DNA of 64,000 nt from Eledone cirrhosa (GCA_964016885.1 OZ024742.1:91140001-91204000), one strand, 5' to 3'. Positions 11,993 through 25,182 are shown, numbered from the stretch's first letter. Numbers and translations are program-made. Notes: generated from the sequence alone by a model not told the origin.

Positions 11993-13330
11993 CTCTATTA
12001 CCGACAGGCTGGGGTCATGCTGGGGGCACTGTCATTGATGCTACAATTCCTATAGCCAAGATTGTTTGGCAGCTTATTAAAAAGCTGAGGGCATTTGAGC
12101 TCCAGGCTATTGCAGTATGTGGTTTTTATAATTGATGTGAAAGATGGTGTCATATTTGTGGGCTGGTCCTGCTTTCAATTCCTAAGTTTGCTGCTAGCCC
12201 TTCCAGTGTCTTCCCTACATATATCATTGCGTATCTCTCCCGTCTCTGCTCCAAAGAGTAAAGCTTTAGTTTTCTCAGCCTCTCCCAGTAGCTCATCTCT
12301 TTCTTTGAAGCAATCCACTTGATGTATCTTCGCTAGATTGCTTCCGGTTCTGTAGTTAGTTTAACACTGTAGGACGACCTCAATTGAAAAGAATACTCCA
12401 GTCGGCTGAGGATGAAAGCCACCAGAGGACCGACATGGTTTCTGGGTCTCTTGACCTGAAGATCCTCAGGATACAACCCATCGTCTGCACATTGCCGTCA
12501 TTTTGGTGATGTGTGTATGAAACTATGCATCATTGCCCATGTCAATCCCCTGGTCCCATTATTGAGGTTGACTCGGGGATTTCGATTCCTCCTGGTTCAG
12601 TCTACCTCTGTTGTAGTGGACCTACGTTTGTGGGTTGATTGCGGAGGGCTTGAAACTTACCTTCATTAAATTGCATATTGTTGTCTTCGGCCCATTCGTA
12701 TGTGGCATCTAAATGTTATTGTAAGAGAGTAGCATCAGCCGGTTTCTTGATTGTCTGTGCTCCTTTCGTGTCACTTGCATAGTTTAAGCGGAAGTTTATG
12801 AGAAGGCATGTATGAGAGGGCCACTACAAACAGTATGGTCCAAAGACTGTTCCCTGGGTCACGCCGCTTGTTATTGATGTTTTCTTTGAGATGGACCCAT
12901 TGACTGCAACTGAAGCCATTCACGTTATTTTCCAGCAATGCCAAAACTATTCCATGATCAAACTTCTCGAAGGCCTTCGCAAAGTCGAGCTATATCACAT
13001 CCACGTTTAAACGGTCTAGCAGCTGTTTAAATATCCAGTCATAATTGTTTCTACTTTTAGGCACAAGGCCAGCAATTACCCAGTACATTACTGGTACTTT
13101 ATTTTATCGACCCCGTAAGGATGAAAGGCAAAGTTAACTTCGGCGGGATTTGAACTCAAACCGTAAAGGGACGTAACTATGCTAGAAAGCATGGCGTCCA
13201 ACCCTCTACCGATACTGCCAATTCACCGATAATGCTGCAAGATCTCTGTAAAACAACTTCTACTCGGGCGAAAGCTATGCTGTGTCAGTTAGAAGTTCAT
13301 TTTCCTTTACAAAAGTAATCAGTTTCCTTT
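11992..13330 (-). pseudogene. CR1-clade LINE 3' portion (RT and C-terminus), interrupted by a SINE
   Basis: Minus-strand peptides LQHYDWIFKQLL, DVIxLDFAKAFEKFDHG, SGVTQGTVFGP, NMQFNEGKFQAL, MSYWERLRKLKLYSLEQRRERYAMIY; 3' end cagtgcccccagcatgacccc like 49930. Confidence 0.85.
13043..13228 (-). mobile_element. SINE inserted in CR1 RT
   Basis: Full SINE consensus; flanks rejoin as cagtc-ataat-gctgc. Confidence 0.9.
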
Positions 13331-13859
13331 TGGTGATTCAATCCATGACTTTGCTGATATATCACTTGCATGTGCCATTGTCCTGTCCCCCCCCCCCCTT
13401 CATTCAGTTAGTTTACTTCGTTTTTTCCTCTTTCCTTTTTTCTCTTTCTTCCTTCTCTCTTCCTTATCTTTTGTTCCCCTCAGGGCCTTTTGATTGATAA
13501 AAGGCCTTGGGCACGCGGCTGATCGATTTCGATGTCCTGTTTTAAGCGCCGAAACATCTATGATCTGCAGTTAACAACTGATGAAGGGTTTCTTCTCTTG
13601 TTTCGTCCATATTACCATCTTACACTATATATATATAGTAGAAGTGTATACGCAAACATATATACCACAATACGTTTATATACGATAAACATATGAGTAG
13701 ACTCGTAGCCGAAGTACAATATTTTCTTGCAACGAAACAAAACGAAAAAATATTTTTCTCTATTTTCCTCGGTGAATATCTTACCGAGCTGCTCGGTAGT
13801 TCTAAGAATGTCAGCCAGTGTTGTTTCAAGATTTGTTAGTCTTTCATCGGTGACACTCA

Positions 13860-14120
13860 TTCAAAAATACTGCCATAAAATATACGAAAGTCTATGTAGA
13901 ATGTTGAGTGATTAACTCTTATTTGCATGTAGCAAAGAGAAAAAGTTTATCGATGGTGTCCCAACGCTCCTGGAACTTTTTGAACAGAAGGATATCGGGA
14001 CCAGATGATGAGAAAAAGATATCGAAGTTTTTCTTCGAACCAGTTCAAGAATGTGATAGTGGCAAGTCATCCACAAGAGGGATTTTTTTCAGAGCTGCTT
14101 TTACGTTTTGCCTAACTTCA
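13860..14120 (-). pseudogene. DDE transposase fragment with CxxH motif (hAT/hATm-like); second copy at ~14855-15075
   Basis: Minus strand WMTCHYHILELV then, after a frameshift, SSGPDILLFKKFQERWDTIDK; resembles the LACRHHxxELxL...SSGPDIxLFKRF motif. Confidence 0.55.
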
Positions 14121-14432
14121 GAAACTCAGACGCAACATGATTATATCATTCTCACTCTTCTAAGTAGGTATAAAAAAAACGGCTATGGAGGTCTGAAAAG
14201 GTCATAATTATGTTGATAATAAGGAGGTTAAGGAAAAGAAAAGGCGAAGGAGGAAGTGGTTCTGGTGTTAAGTGATCATGGTTATGTTGATACTAATCAT
14301 ATAAATAATTGACATTTTGTCTAAAAAAAAGAATACACATAATGCGATAGGGGAAAAATAAAAGAAGTTGAAACAGATATGGAAGAGAGCTGTAGATCAG
14401 CATATAAAAAAGAGGAAATGATAATAATTTAT

Positions 14433-14614
14433 TTTTTTCTACTTTTGGCACAAGACCAGCAATTATCCCAGTGTATTACTGGTACTTTATTTTATCGACC
14501 TCGTAAGGATGAAAGGCAAAGTTAACCTCGGCGGGATTTGAACTCAGAATGGCAAGGGCCGTAACTCTATGCGTCAAAGCATGGCGTCCGACCCTCTACC
14601 AATACTGCCAATCC
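14433..14614 (-). mobile_element. SINE with 18-bp TSD agaggaaatgataataat
   Basis: Consensus match; TSD at 14411-14428 and 14615-14632. Confidence 0.9.
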
Positions 14615-14629
14615 AGAGGAAATGATAAT

Positions 14630-14852
14630 AATAGTTTCTTATATAGGCACTAGGCCATCAATGTTGGGGGAGGGGAAAGTCGATTAAATCGACCCCAGTG
14701 CGTCACTGGCACTTTATTTTATCGACCCCATAATGATGAAAGACAAAGTTAACCTCGGCGAGATTTGAACTCAGACCGTAGAGGGCCGTAATTCTATGCT
14801 GCAAAGCATGGTGCCCGACCGACCCTCTACCGATACTGCCAATCCACCGCCC
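14630..14852 (-). mobile_element. SINE, longer subfamily containing the gtcgattaaatcgac hairpin
   Basis: Consensus match plus extra central block. Confidence 0.88.
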
Positions 14853-15075
14853 AAAATGTACTGGCATGAAATAGACGAAAGTCTATATAGAATGTTCCGT
14901 GATTATCTCTTGCTGGAGATGCTTAATTGCATGTAGCAAATAGAAACATTTTTTCGATGGCGTCCCAACGCTCCTGGAAATTTTGAACAGTAGGATACCG
15001 GGACCAGATGATGAGAAAAAGATATCGAGTGTTTCTTCGAACCAGTTCAAAAATGTGATAGTGGCAAGTCATCGA

Positions 15076-16318
15076 GAAGAGAGGGAATGTGATAAGAGAA
15101 CTTGATCAAGAAGAAACTTATAAATATCTAGGTGTTTGTGAAGGAGACGAAATCAAGCACTCGAAGATGAGGGAAACAATAAGGAAGGAATGTTACTGCA
15201 AAGTAAGAGCAAATTTAGGAACGGAGTTGAATGCAAGGAATAGGATCGATGCCATAAACACACTTGCCACACCAGTAGTAACTTACAGTTTCAATGTCAT
15301 CAAGCACAGAGATCCGTAAGCTCCACACGAAAATTAGAAAATTCTTAATCATGCACAGAATGCATCACCCTAAGGCAGATACAGATAGAATATATCTCCC
15401 TAGGAAAGAAGGAGGACGTGGATTAATTCAGTCAGATATTTCTTTGAAAACTGCAACAATTGGATTATCTACATATCTCAGGGAATCACATGATTGGATC
15501 ATCAAACTCGTTTTGAAACATGAAAGCATCAAAAGATCATACTCCATTACAAAAGATGCACAAAGATACAGTAATGAACTACAAATTTCAGAAGTTCCCT
15601 TTATTGCTGAAATGAAAAACACAGAAAAGGCAAAGCAGGTAAAAGTAACTGCAAAGAAATAACTGCTACAGAAACTGGCTAAGAAATGGCAAGAAAAGCC
15701 TCTGTATGGAAAATACCCAGAAAGAGCTAACAATTCTGATGTTGACAAAAATTTACCCCATCAGTGGTTGGCATCCTCTGGACTGAAGTCGGCGACTGGA
15801 GGACGGATTATGTCAGCACGAGATCTGTGTCTGATAAACAAAAAATTATGAAGCCAGCATCATAAAAAATGATGCAACCCATTATTCCGTGTATGTAAAA
15901 AAGCAATCAGAGGCCATTGATCATATAATTTCAATGTGCAGTCCAGCATCAAGCACCTCCCGTACTTGAAAAAGGCCACATCTCAATTTTGTGGAACTTT
16001 AGCATCCAAACAGACCGAAAAATAGATGCAAATAGACCTGATATAATACTGAAGGATTTTAAACAGAGGGTACACCTGCTAACTGACATGACCGTTCCAA
16101 AAATTGAGCAAGTAGAAAGACCTGGAAATAGAGATTGGAAAAATGTGGAAGTTGAGAACTAAAACAATACCATTGGTTGTAGGCGCTCTAGAAATGATAC
16201 CTAAAGGGTCTAATGGTTACTTATCCCAAATCCCAGGAAACCTGCGTATAGAAGAAATACAAAAGATAGTACTAATGGGAACTGCCCATATACTAAGGGA
16301 GGTACTGTCAATATAAGT
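15076..16318 (+). pseudogene. R4/Dong-type non-LTR retrotransposon 3' half (RT thumb, Zn knuckle, RLE)
   Basis: YKYLG...ELNARNRIDAINTLATPVVTYSF...HRMHHPKADTDRIYLPRKEGGRGL...WNFSIQTDRKIDANRPDIILKD...IPLVVGAL. Confidence 0.85.
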
Positions 16319-16433
16319 ACATCATAAGTCTAAACATCTAAAGAAATGTGTGTGTGTGTGTGTGTGTGCTTTTTTTCTTGAACATGGCGGACCTTGTCTC
16401 TTGAGGTCACTGGTTGTGACTCGTATGAACAGA

Positions 16434-16563
16434 AAGAAGAAGAAGAAGAAGAAGAAGAAGAAGAAGAAGAAGAAGAAGAAGAAGAAGAAGAAGAAGAAGA
16501 AGAAGAAGAAGAAGAAGAAGAAGAAGAAGAAGAAGAAGAAGAAGAAGAAGAAGAAGAAGAAGA
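16434..16563. repeat. (GAA)n microsatellite; complementary (TTC)n tracts at 16869-17080
   Basis: Direct. Confidence 0.97.
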
Positions 16564-17652
16564 GCTGGTGTTAGATAGGATAGAAAGCAGAGATAGATGG
16601 GGAGGACTATGAATATGAAAACAATTGTAGAAGACGAAGAGAATAAAAACTAGAAAACAGCGAAACAATAAAAATTAAAATGTCAGCAGTTACAACAGCA
16701 ACAACAGCATTAGCTACAACGTAAACATCATCATCAACAACAGTGGTGATGATGTTTAGACACTGTGCAAAGATAGCTACCAGAAGTAAAACAGGATGCG
16801 TTATCCTGAAATAACCGGAAGTAACAATGACGGAGATATTGAATCAACAATGAAGAAAACATAACAGCTTTCTTCTTCTTCTTCTTCTTCTTCTTCTTCT
16901 TCTTCTTCTTCTTCTTCTTCTTCTTCTTCTTCTCCCCTCATCACCCACCTCCTCCTCCTTCTTCTTCTTCTTCTTCTTCTTCTTCTGCTTCTTCTTCTTC
17001 TTCTTCTTCTTCTCCTCCCTCATCACCCACCTCCTCCTCCTCCTCCTTCTTCTTCTTCTTCTTCTTCTTCTTCTCTTCCTCCATCACATACAAATTAAAT
17101 ATCCATTTCGTATTAGTCTACCACTACATTCTAATCGACATATGTGCGCAGTTGTGTACACGTGCGTGTGAGCGTATATTGATAAATGAATGCACATATT
17201 TTCTATATGTATAATATGCAATTTCAGACATACAGCTGTACAAGCACAACACTCCCGCATCTTGTGGTTATATAGTTCGTTTCGCAAATATGTGGTTCTG
17301 GGTCCACCTCATTCAACAGCAGCTCGGCACCTTGGATAAGTGTCTCCTACTATAGCTTCGGATTGACCAATTTTTGTTAATATTTTCTTGCGTGTGGCAC
17401 GCCAATATAAAGCAGTTTTATTCACAACTGCCCACAACTGAGGTGCTTGTCAGTGACAAGCTTGGCAAATTCGTAGACCATATCGTTTAGAGTCATCTTT
17501 CTCTATAATAAACACTCATAGTCTAATTTAAATCGGTGAAATTTGCCTTTCATACTTCGAGGTCCATAAAAAGTACCAGTCCGGTACTGTGACCGATTAT
17601 TTCCCTATATCTATTTCTCACTTCCTCACACCCACTTTAAAATATTGTTTAT

Positions 17653-17653
17653 A

Positions 17654-17701
<48 letters not shown>
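17653..17701. repeat. (ATT)n tract at the 5' flank of the Tx1 element
   Basis: Direct. Confidence 0.97.
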
Positions 17702-17917
17702 GAATGCTATGGTTGACGGAGGCTCGGCTCTGTAAGGTATTGTAAATTTTGACCGCTATAACAATTGTAAATTGTTTAAAACTTTAACCAACTTGTAGAC
17801 AAAAACACCCTCCTCCTCGTGAGAGGGGTCTTTCTGCCCGCTATTTAGCCCTTCGGGGTTAAATAACCGCTTATTGGGGTTTTGTGCCTAATATTTATTT
17901 TAAACAAAAAAAAAAAC

Positions 17918-19084
17918 ATGGCTACGAAAAAGATTTTTCATAGGTCACTCCCACTCATTCCGTCTTCTTCTTCCTCAATCGTCACTACAGCAGAGAGAAG
18001 ATTATTTCTCTCCCTCCCTTCTCTAAATGTGTCTCTCTCCCTCCCTTCTCTTTCGCAAGCGACGCCAAAAAAGAAAAATCACGTGCAAAGCGTGCAAGAT
18101 TTCTCCACGACGACGACGAAAAAGGTGTGCGGGAAATACGAAAACCCATTTCATTCGTCTGACGTCAGGAATAATAGCAGTAGCAGCCGCAATAACAGCA
18201 GCAGCAGCAACAGTGACAAGGAAAACAACAGTAGCAGCCGCAACAGCATCATCAGCAGCAGCATAAACAACAACAGCATTAACAGCAACAACAACAGCAG
18301 CAGCAGCAACAACAACAACAACCACAGCAACAGCGGCGGCGGCAGTAGTCGTAGTACCTGCAGCAACAACAAAAGTAACAGCAGCTCTGACGACAACAAC
18401 AACAACAACAGCAGCAAAGAAAAGCCAATCTCGTTTGCAGGTATCGCAAAGAACCTGGAAACCATCCTCATAACAAATGAGGAATTAGAGGAAGCGAAGA
18501 AGGTGGTGATAAAAATAGGACACCGAGCAATCTGCAAGGCAGCCGAAAAACTTTTCGAAACCCAACAGCACTGTACGGTCACGTACCGTATAGTAAGCAC
18601 AAAATCCCGTAGGGTTGAAAGAGCCACAGAGGCTCAAATACAAAAAGCCTTAGGGTCTGTGTGGCAGCGGAAAACGCACATCACCCGAGGCAAGAAATAT
18701 GCCACTGTAGACGTGTTTTTTGCCACACCCCAGAAAAACAAATGCACGGCAATAAATACACACAACAAGAAACTAATGACTTACATAATTGAACACACAG
18801 ACATTTCACAACACGACTACATAATACCAGCACCAATCAAAACGCCAACTAACATAAGACTGCTAAAAATAGCACAGAAACAATACACAAACATTAAAAC
18901 GAAATTCCCCAACGCAGTTGGTGATTTCAGGGACCTAGGAGGAACTATCAATCGAAGAGTATATTCGGACATACACATAGAAGAGCCGACGACCAGCCGA
19001 AGGGACGATTCAACGGTCCCTTCACCAGACGATCAAGTGAAAGGGGATGTAAAAACCATCCCTCCTCCACGAAAAGTACGGTAA
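17918..19084 (+). CDS. Tx1 ORF1 (gag-like, N/S-rich N-terminal region)
   Basis: Open frame from ATG 17918 ending ~35 nt before the ORF2 ATG; no recognisable CCHC knuckle, possibly internally deleted. Confidence 0.6.
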   Translation: MATKKIFHRSLPLIPSSSSSIVTTAERRLFLSLPSLNVSLSLPSLSQATPKKKNHVQSVQDFSTTTTKKVCGKYENPFHSSDVRNNSSSSRNNSSSSNSDKENNSSSRNSIISSSINNNSINSNNNSSSSNNNNNHSNSGGGSSRSTCSNNKSNSSSDDNNNNNSSKEKPISFAGIAKNLETILITNEELEEAKKVVIKIGHRAICKAAEKLFETQQHCTVTYRIVSTKSRRVERATEAQIQKALGSVWQRKTHITRGKKYATVDVFFATPQKNKCTAINTHNKKLMTYIIEHTDISQHDYIIPAPIKTPTNIRLLKIAQKQYTNIKTKFPNAVGDFRDLGGTINRRVYSDIHIEEPTTSRRDDSTVPSPDDQVKGDVKTIPPPRKVR

Positions 19085-19119
19085 GTGGTCTTTCCCATCT
19101 TTTCCACTCTATTTTAAAC

Positions 19120-22100
19120 ATGACCTCACTCAGAATAGGCAGCATAAATGCGCGTGGCTTGGGGTCGTCATGGAAGCAGGGTCACCTGCTCAACGACCTC
19201 AGGTCACTAAACATAGATCAGCGAGACCAGAATCTCCGATTCACGGGCCTTCGCACCGATCTTCGGCGGCTACGATGTGTACGCATCTCCCAGCCGTCCT
19301 GGATCGGGGGGAGGAGTTGCTGTGCTTTTTCGGAGAGGTTTGGATCTCGCCATACGGGCCATCTTCCTGGACCCAGAGGGTAAGCTGGTGGTGCTGGACA
19401 TTGACCAGCGGAGACGGGCAAGCTTTCAGGCTAGTGGCCGTCTATGCCCCGACAGGAGCAGGGCGGCCTGATTTCTTCCGGCGTCTGGAGACCTTTCTTG
19501 GAACGTCCCGCTCTTTAGTGTTAGTGGGCGACTGGAACGGGATCTTAGATGCACGCTGGGACTGTGTGGGATTAGAGGATAGGGGTGGAGGGTGCAAGAG
19601 CCTCACCAACCTGCTCAGGCGTTTTGAACTGTCTGACAGGTACCGATTGGATTTCCCGAATGTGCCAATGTGGACTTGGACAAATCGCATAGGGTCATCC
19701 AGATCATATCTAGATAGAGTATTTTGTAGGGAAATAGATAGGTCTAGCATAGGCTGTCCACAATTCAAGATAGTCAGCTACACGGACCACAAATTCGTGA
19801 TCTGTATGCTTGACTTAGATAGGCTTCATAGACGAGGACCCGGCTACTGGAAGCTTAACGCGTCCTTACCAGCGCGCAAGGCCTACAGAGACCGGATTAG
19901 CGAACTAGTTAAGCGGGCGTTGACGGGGGCCATCGTCAACAACAAGTGGTGGTTTGCTCTGAAAAGAGCGATTAGAATAGAATCCATTAGGTTTAGTAAG
20001 GCTTTAGCAATAGAGAAAAATAGAGCAGAGGGAGAACTTGTTAGAAAATTAGACGAGGCGCTTAGCAAAGGCATTGCGACCGACGTGCTTGCGGCGAAAT
20101 TGGCCCTTGACCAATTCTTCAATGCAAAGCACGAAGGCTGCGTTGTCAGAGCAAGGGTGCGTGCTCTCAGACACGAGGGGACGAAAGCCGTTCAATGGGC
20201 CTGAGTGGCGGAGGCGCGTCGTGGCAACAAAGCCACGATCCGGTCTTTGGTGGACCACGACGGGCGCATGCTACTCGATCCCGGGCAAATGTGCGAAGCT
20301 TTTCAGCGACACTTCGCTCAGCTGTTCGGGGGCAGCGGTGGGCCGGGTCGAGGGATGGACTTTAGTGTCTACCTCGACGGACTACCTCTCGGCCACTGAG
20401 GCGAAGTGTTGCGAAAAGCCGATAACAGCCGCTGAAGTAAGGGAGGCAATGACTGGCTGCACAAGGGGTAAATCGCCTGGTTTGGATGGTCTGCCCTATG
20501 AACTTTACGTACAGATGCCAGACTTGTTCGGAGGCCTCTTGGCGGACGTCTACTGCAACTGGCAACAGAACGGGAGAATTCCCAGTTCTGTGAGCCGAGG
20601 AGCGGTGGCACTGCTGAGAAAGGATCCGAACAAGGGGGATAACATAGATAATTTCCGGCCCATAACTCTGCTAAACACAGAGTTCAAGATTTTGGCCAGG
20701 GTGCTAGAAAAGAGGTTGGCGCTTGTCATTGGTGGTCTGGTGGGAGAGGCGCAGACATGCGCCATTCCCGACAGATCCATCTACGACAACCTCCACCTCA
20801 TGCGATACATCGTAGAGAGGGTAGCTAGGGAACCTGGCACGGGTGGGTCCTTGATCAATTTAGATCAGTCGAAAGCTTTCGATAGGGTCGACCATCGTTA
20901 CCTAGCGGCAGTCCTGAGGGCGGATGGCTTTGGGCCCGTCTTCAGAGGCTGGATCGCTGCCATGCACAGCGATATCTGCTCTGTGGTGAGAGTGAACGGT
21001 CACCTGTCGGAACCGTTCAACATCATGCGCTCGGTCCGCCAAGGATGTCCCCTCTCGTCCCTCTTGTACGTATTTACTCTCGAGCCATTACTGCACAAAC
21101 TGGAGACGTTGAGGGGCGTCCCGCGCGAACTAGGATGCGGAAGATCCGTGTCAGCATATGCGGACGATGTCACTGTAGTGGTGTCGAGCGCCAAACACAT
21201 CGAGGCGATCGGCACTACACTAAGAGAATACGAAGCGGTGACAGGAGCAATGATCAACCAGGAAAAGTCAGTGGGCCTGCAGCTCGGCACCTGGAGAGGC
21301 AGGTCCATGCCATCCAACAGCGTCGTCGGACGCTGGACGGACGGACCGGTTAAATTGCTAGGGGTCTGGTTCGGTCCGGACCTCCAGACGGACAAAAACT
21401 GGGACGAGGTGACGAGCAGGGTGGCTTCTCTCACCCAGAAATGGGCGGAGAGGAAGCTATCCCTGAAAGGTCGAGCGGAGGTGGCTAACGCGTACATTGC
21501 GCGTCTGTCATCTGCTACCGACTGACCGTCGTAGCTTGTCCTAAGCCTCGCCTGACTGCGCTGGAGCGTTTGCTCTTTCGCTTTTTGTGGAAGGGACGCG
21601 CTCCGATGGTCAGGCGGTCCATCTGTTGTCAACACCCGCTACGTGGAGGGATGGGCATGCCGTGGCTGATGATGCGCATGCACGCGCTCGGGCTACGACA
21701 TCTCCACCTCTTCCTCGACGGTGATCAGGTGTGGTCGCCGTTTGCTAGACACGTATTTCCCCAGCTCGTTTCCTTGACGGAGCTGCAGTCCTGGGTCAAG
21801 CGAAGACCGAGAGGGAGCGCCTGCAGACTGGAATGTCTTCAGGCGCTCACAGCCCTCGTCCAATCGAGCAATGTGATCAGTGGAAACTCCACCTCGGCGT
21901 TCTATAGAGGATTAGTGGAGGGGAAGAGCGACGACGTACTTGGGGAAACTCTAGGCGTCGACGAAAATCAACTAGCCAATCTCTTCGGAAGAACTTTCGG
22001 GCCGGGGCCTATGGACAACTTCCAGAAATCTCTGGCCTGGCAGTGCTACCGAGGACCCTTGCCAGTTCGGGATAAACTCTACAGGCATGGAGGTGCCGTC

Positions 22101-22525
22101 ATCGGGCATGTCCGAGATGCGCGCAGGGCGATGAAACCGTCCTGCACGCACTCGTGCAGTGTCCGAAAATTGCTGACTTGTGGGTTTATGTCGAACACCT
22201 GCTGTCGCGTTTAGGACGGATCCGGCTATCATCTGAGTCCATCGTGAGGATTGCCCCGCCCCCCTCCTTTAGCCGGGAAGGGCAGGAAGTTTGTATCTGT
22301 CTGGTGGCCATGGCGAAAGAGATAGTATGGTGGACACGTTTGAAAGGGCTGAAGACGAGCACTTACCTCTTCGGTGATGCTCTGATTGACTTTTTCAAAT
22401 TTCATTTGAAAAGGAAAATCAGAGTAGAGAGGGAAGTGCTCTCTTCCCAGCATTTTGTTGAAAGATGGGTGAGAGAAGCAAGAATGGCCCGAGTGAATGG
22501 GCCTACTCTGAGTATATATCTGTAA
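19120..22525 (+). pseudogene. Tx1 ORF2: APE endonuclease, reverse transcriptase and C-terminal Zn region; several frameshifts and one TGA (~20202)
   Basis: SINARGL, VYAP, LVGDWN, SYLDRV, YTDH, GYWKLNAS, KSPGLDGLPYE, FRPITLLNTEFKI, LDQSKAFDRVDH, VRQGCPLS, AYADDV, LLGV. Confidence 0.93.
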
Positions 22526-22772
22526 ATTAAAGGTGGAAAACTGGGAGAGGGCACTTGCCTTGGTGGTCAGGGTCATTGTGGCCTTTTACTGGGCTTTCTC
22601 CACAAATGTCCCTCCGAAGTCTCCCCCCTATTGGGGAATTTTTCATTGTTATTTTTTGTTACATCCTCTGTTTTTGTTTTTACACGCAGAAATGCCCATT
22701 TGTACCGTCCTGTATTGTCCTGCACTGTCCTTAATGTCTACTTTATGTAAACCCTTGTGGTTAATAAAGAAA

Positions 22773-22774
<2 letters not shown>

Positions 22775-22825
<51 letters not shown>
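22775..22825. repeat. (ATT)n tract shared by the Tx1 3' flank and the R4/Dong 3' tail
   Basis: Direct. Confidence 0.97.
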
Positions 22826-22827
<2 letters not shown>

Positions 22828-23375
22828 CGACATGTTCTACACTGCAACCCCACTACTATTAACACCGCAACAGTCACCAAACACACTAGCAACGTAATAT
22901 GTGTGCTGTGCTTAGTAGTGCTATCTTTTGTATGCTGTATATATTTGTAAGTCCTAAGGTTTTGGCTATGTATTTGTCTGTGTGTTTTTATCATCCCGAG
23001 AGCACCTATTATTATAGGTATAGTTTCTGCTTTCATTTCCCACATTTGAGTTATTATTTCTATCTCTATATTTTTATATTTGGATAGTTTCTCTATTTCC
23101 TTGGAAGACATATTGTCGTCTGTTGGGATAGATACATCTATTAGAAGGCATATTTTTTCTTTATGGTATTTGAATATAATATCTGGTCGGTTGGCCTTGT
23201 CTATATGTATTGGCATATTTCAGAGAATAGTTGCCTTGTCATTCTCTGACACTTTTTCTGGTATGCGTTTATACCGTCTTTTTTCTGTTGGTATTTCATA
23301 ATGTTGGCATAATTTTCAGTGTATGAAGGTCCCAACTCTATCATGCCTGTGGATATATTCTTTTTGGGCTAGACC
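22826..23375 (-). pseudogene. R4/Dong-type RLE-domain 3' fragment
   Basis: HRHDRVG...MPIHIDKANRPDIIFK...LLIDVSIP...EKLSKYKNIEIEI..MW....TIPIIIGALGMI; ends in (TAA)n on minus strand. Confidence 0.85.
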
Positions 23376-24227
23376 TCAATATTCTTGTAACTAGCTTTGA
23401 CTTATCTACCCTGATTATTGATGAAACATTACAAACCAAACCGTCCACCTACATTAAAAGGCGTGTTACACATTTTGTATAGAAACAAGAATGTATTGAA
23501 ATGTTTAGATATTACTCTGTAAGAGGAGAACGTAATAGATATATGTACTTATAAATAAATGTAGATGTACATACACAATGTATGTCTGTGCATATGTTCG
23601 TGTGCACACAAACACACATAAATATATATTATATACATACACACATACGCATATATAATATATATATGTGTATGTGTATATATATATACATATATATATG
23701 TATGTAGTGTGTGTGTGTGTGTGTGTGTGTCTGTATAAAGAGGAAGAGAGAAAAAAGTGTGAATATAAGATGAAAAAGAAATCATATAATTTAATGTCAG
23801 ATCATAGCTTTTGGCGATTCCAACGTTGAAGCGTCTATCGACCACAGAGGACAATATAAAAATATTTTGTTTTTAACTATAAAAAATAAAACGGAGGGAA
23901 CCAAATTCAAAATTGTGTCAACAGCACAAAAGAAAAGAAGGACTGAGATGAGAAAAAAATAAAGATTTATAATGTCTAAACAACGAAAAAACGACAATGA
24001 ACCATAGTTAAAATGATTTTACAGAACTCCAGCTAAAAAAGAAAATGGTGAGAAGAGGAGAATATTTCTTTAAGATGTCACTTTAAAATAACAGAAACTA
24101 TTTCTAAAGTATATATTGTTCTATTTTTGTTTTACATTCTACATACTTGCTTACTTTTTTGTTGATTGATAAATAGGTTTTTATAATTATTCTTCACACA
24201 CGCACACGCGCACACACACACGCACAT

Positions 24228-24333
<106 letters not shown>

Positions 24334-24499
24334 ACACACACGCACACATAGATTGTAGTAAGTTTTTTTTTTAAACCAAGTAAAAAGTACTCGATACATA
24401 AAAGTCCTCGATCCATGAATTTGTATATTTTATACGTTAACGATTATTCAACCGATATCTTTTGAATAATCGGCAATTAAACACAGACTAACGATTCAA

Positions 24500-24700
24500 A
24501 GTGGATGTACGTGGTATAGTGACTAGTGTGTTGGACTTACAATCACAATATCATGCGTTCGGTTTATGGGATGTGTTGTGTGTTGCGTTCTTGAGAAAAA
24601 CACTCCCTTTCACGTTTATCCAGTATACTCACATAAAAATGAGTAGCTAGGGGTTAATCCTTCGGTGGACTGGCTTCCTGTTCAGGAGAAAGTTTTCTGA
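24500..24700 (+). mobile_element. Degenerate tRNA-derived SINE of another family (Nin/Deu-like core)
   Basis: gtggtatagtg.ctagtgtgttggac...gcgttcttgagaaaaacac...tcacgtt..tccagt..actca...aaaatgagta. Confidence 0.4.
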
Positions 24701-24797
24701 ACGCTAAGAAAACCGATATAATCACCGGCCTAATGATCCTCCGGACTTGAGACAGGCTTTAGACTTTCAGAACGATTCAAAAAGCTTTAACCTCTAA

Positions 24798-24981
24798 TAA
24801 TTGTTTCTACTTTTGGTACAAGGCCAGCAATTATCCCAGTGTATTAGTGGTACTTTATCTTATCGACCCCGTAAGGATGAAAGGCAAAGCTAACCTCAGC
24901 AGAATTTGAACTCAGACCGAAAAGAGACGTAACTCTATGCTGCAAAGCATGGCACCCGACCCTCTACCGATACTGCCAATC
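24798..24981 (-). mobile_element. SINE
   Basis: Consensus match. Confidence 0.9.
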
Positions 24982-25115
24982 TATCAATAATGATATGGTA
25001 GTGTGTATGTGCGTGTGAGTGAAACACATGCACAGCAACACGAGAATGAGAGTGAAAGAGACAGAGAGGGGCAACAGTACGGAAGAGAAAAAAAAACAAA
25101 GTGATGGAGAGAGAG

Positions 25116-25177
<62 letters not shown>

Positions 25178-25182
<5 letters not shown>

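Larger units (their letters stand above)
17702..22774 (+). mobile_element. Full-length Tx1/L1-clade non-LTR retrotransposon (5' UTR, ORF1, ORF2, 3' UTR with AATAAA at 22763)
   Basis: Two-ORF layout, APE-RT-Zn ORF2, (ATT)n on both flanks. Confidence 0.9.

Noticed and set aside
13480-13600. GAAAC...CTGATGA arrangement suggesting a permuted hammerhead
   Set aside because: Stems I and II could not be paired convincingly
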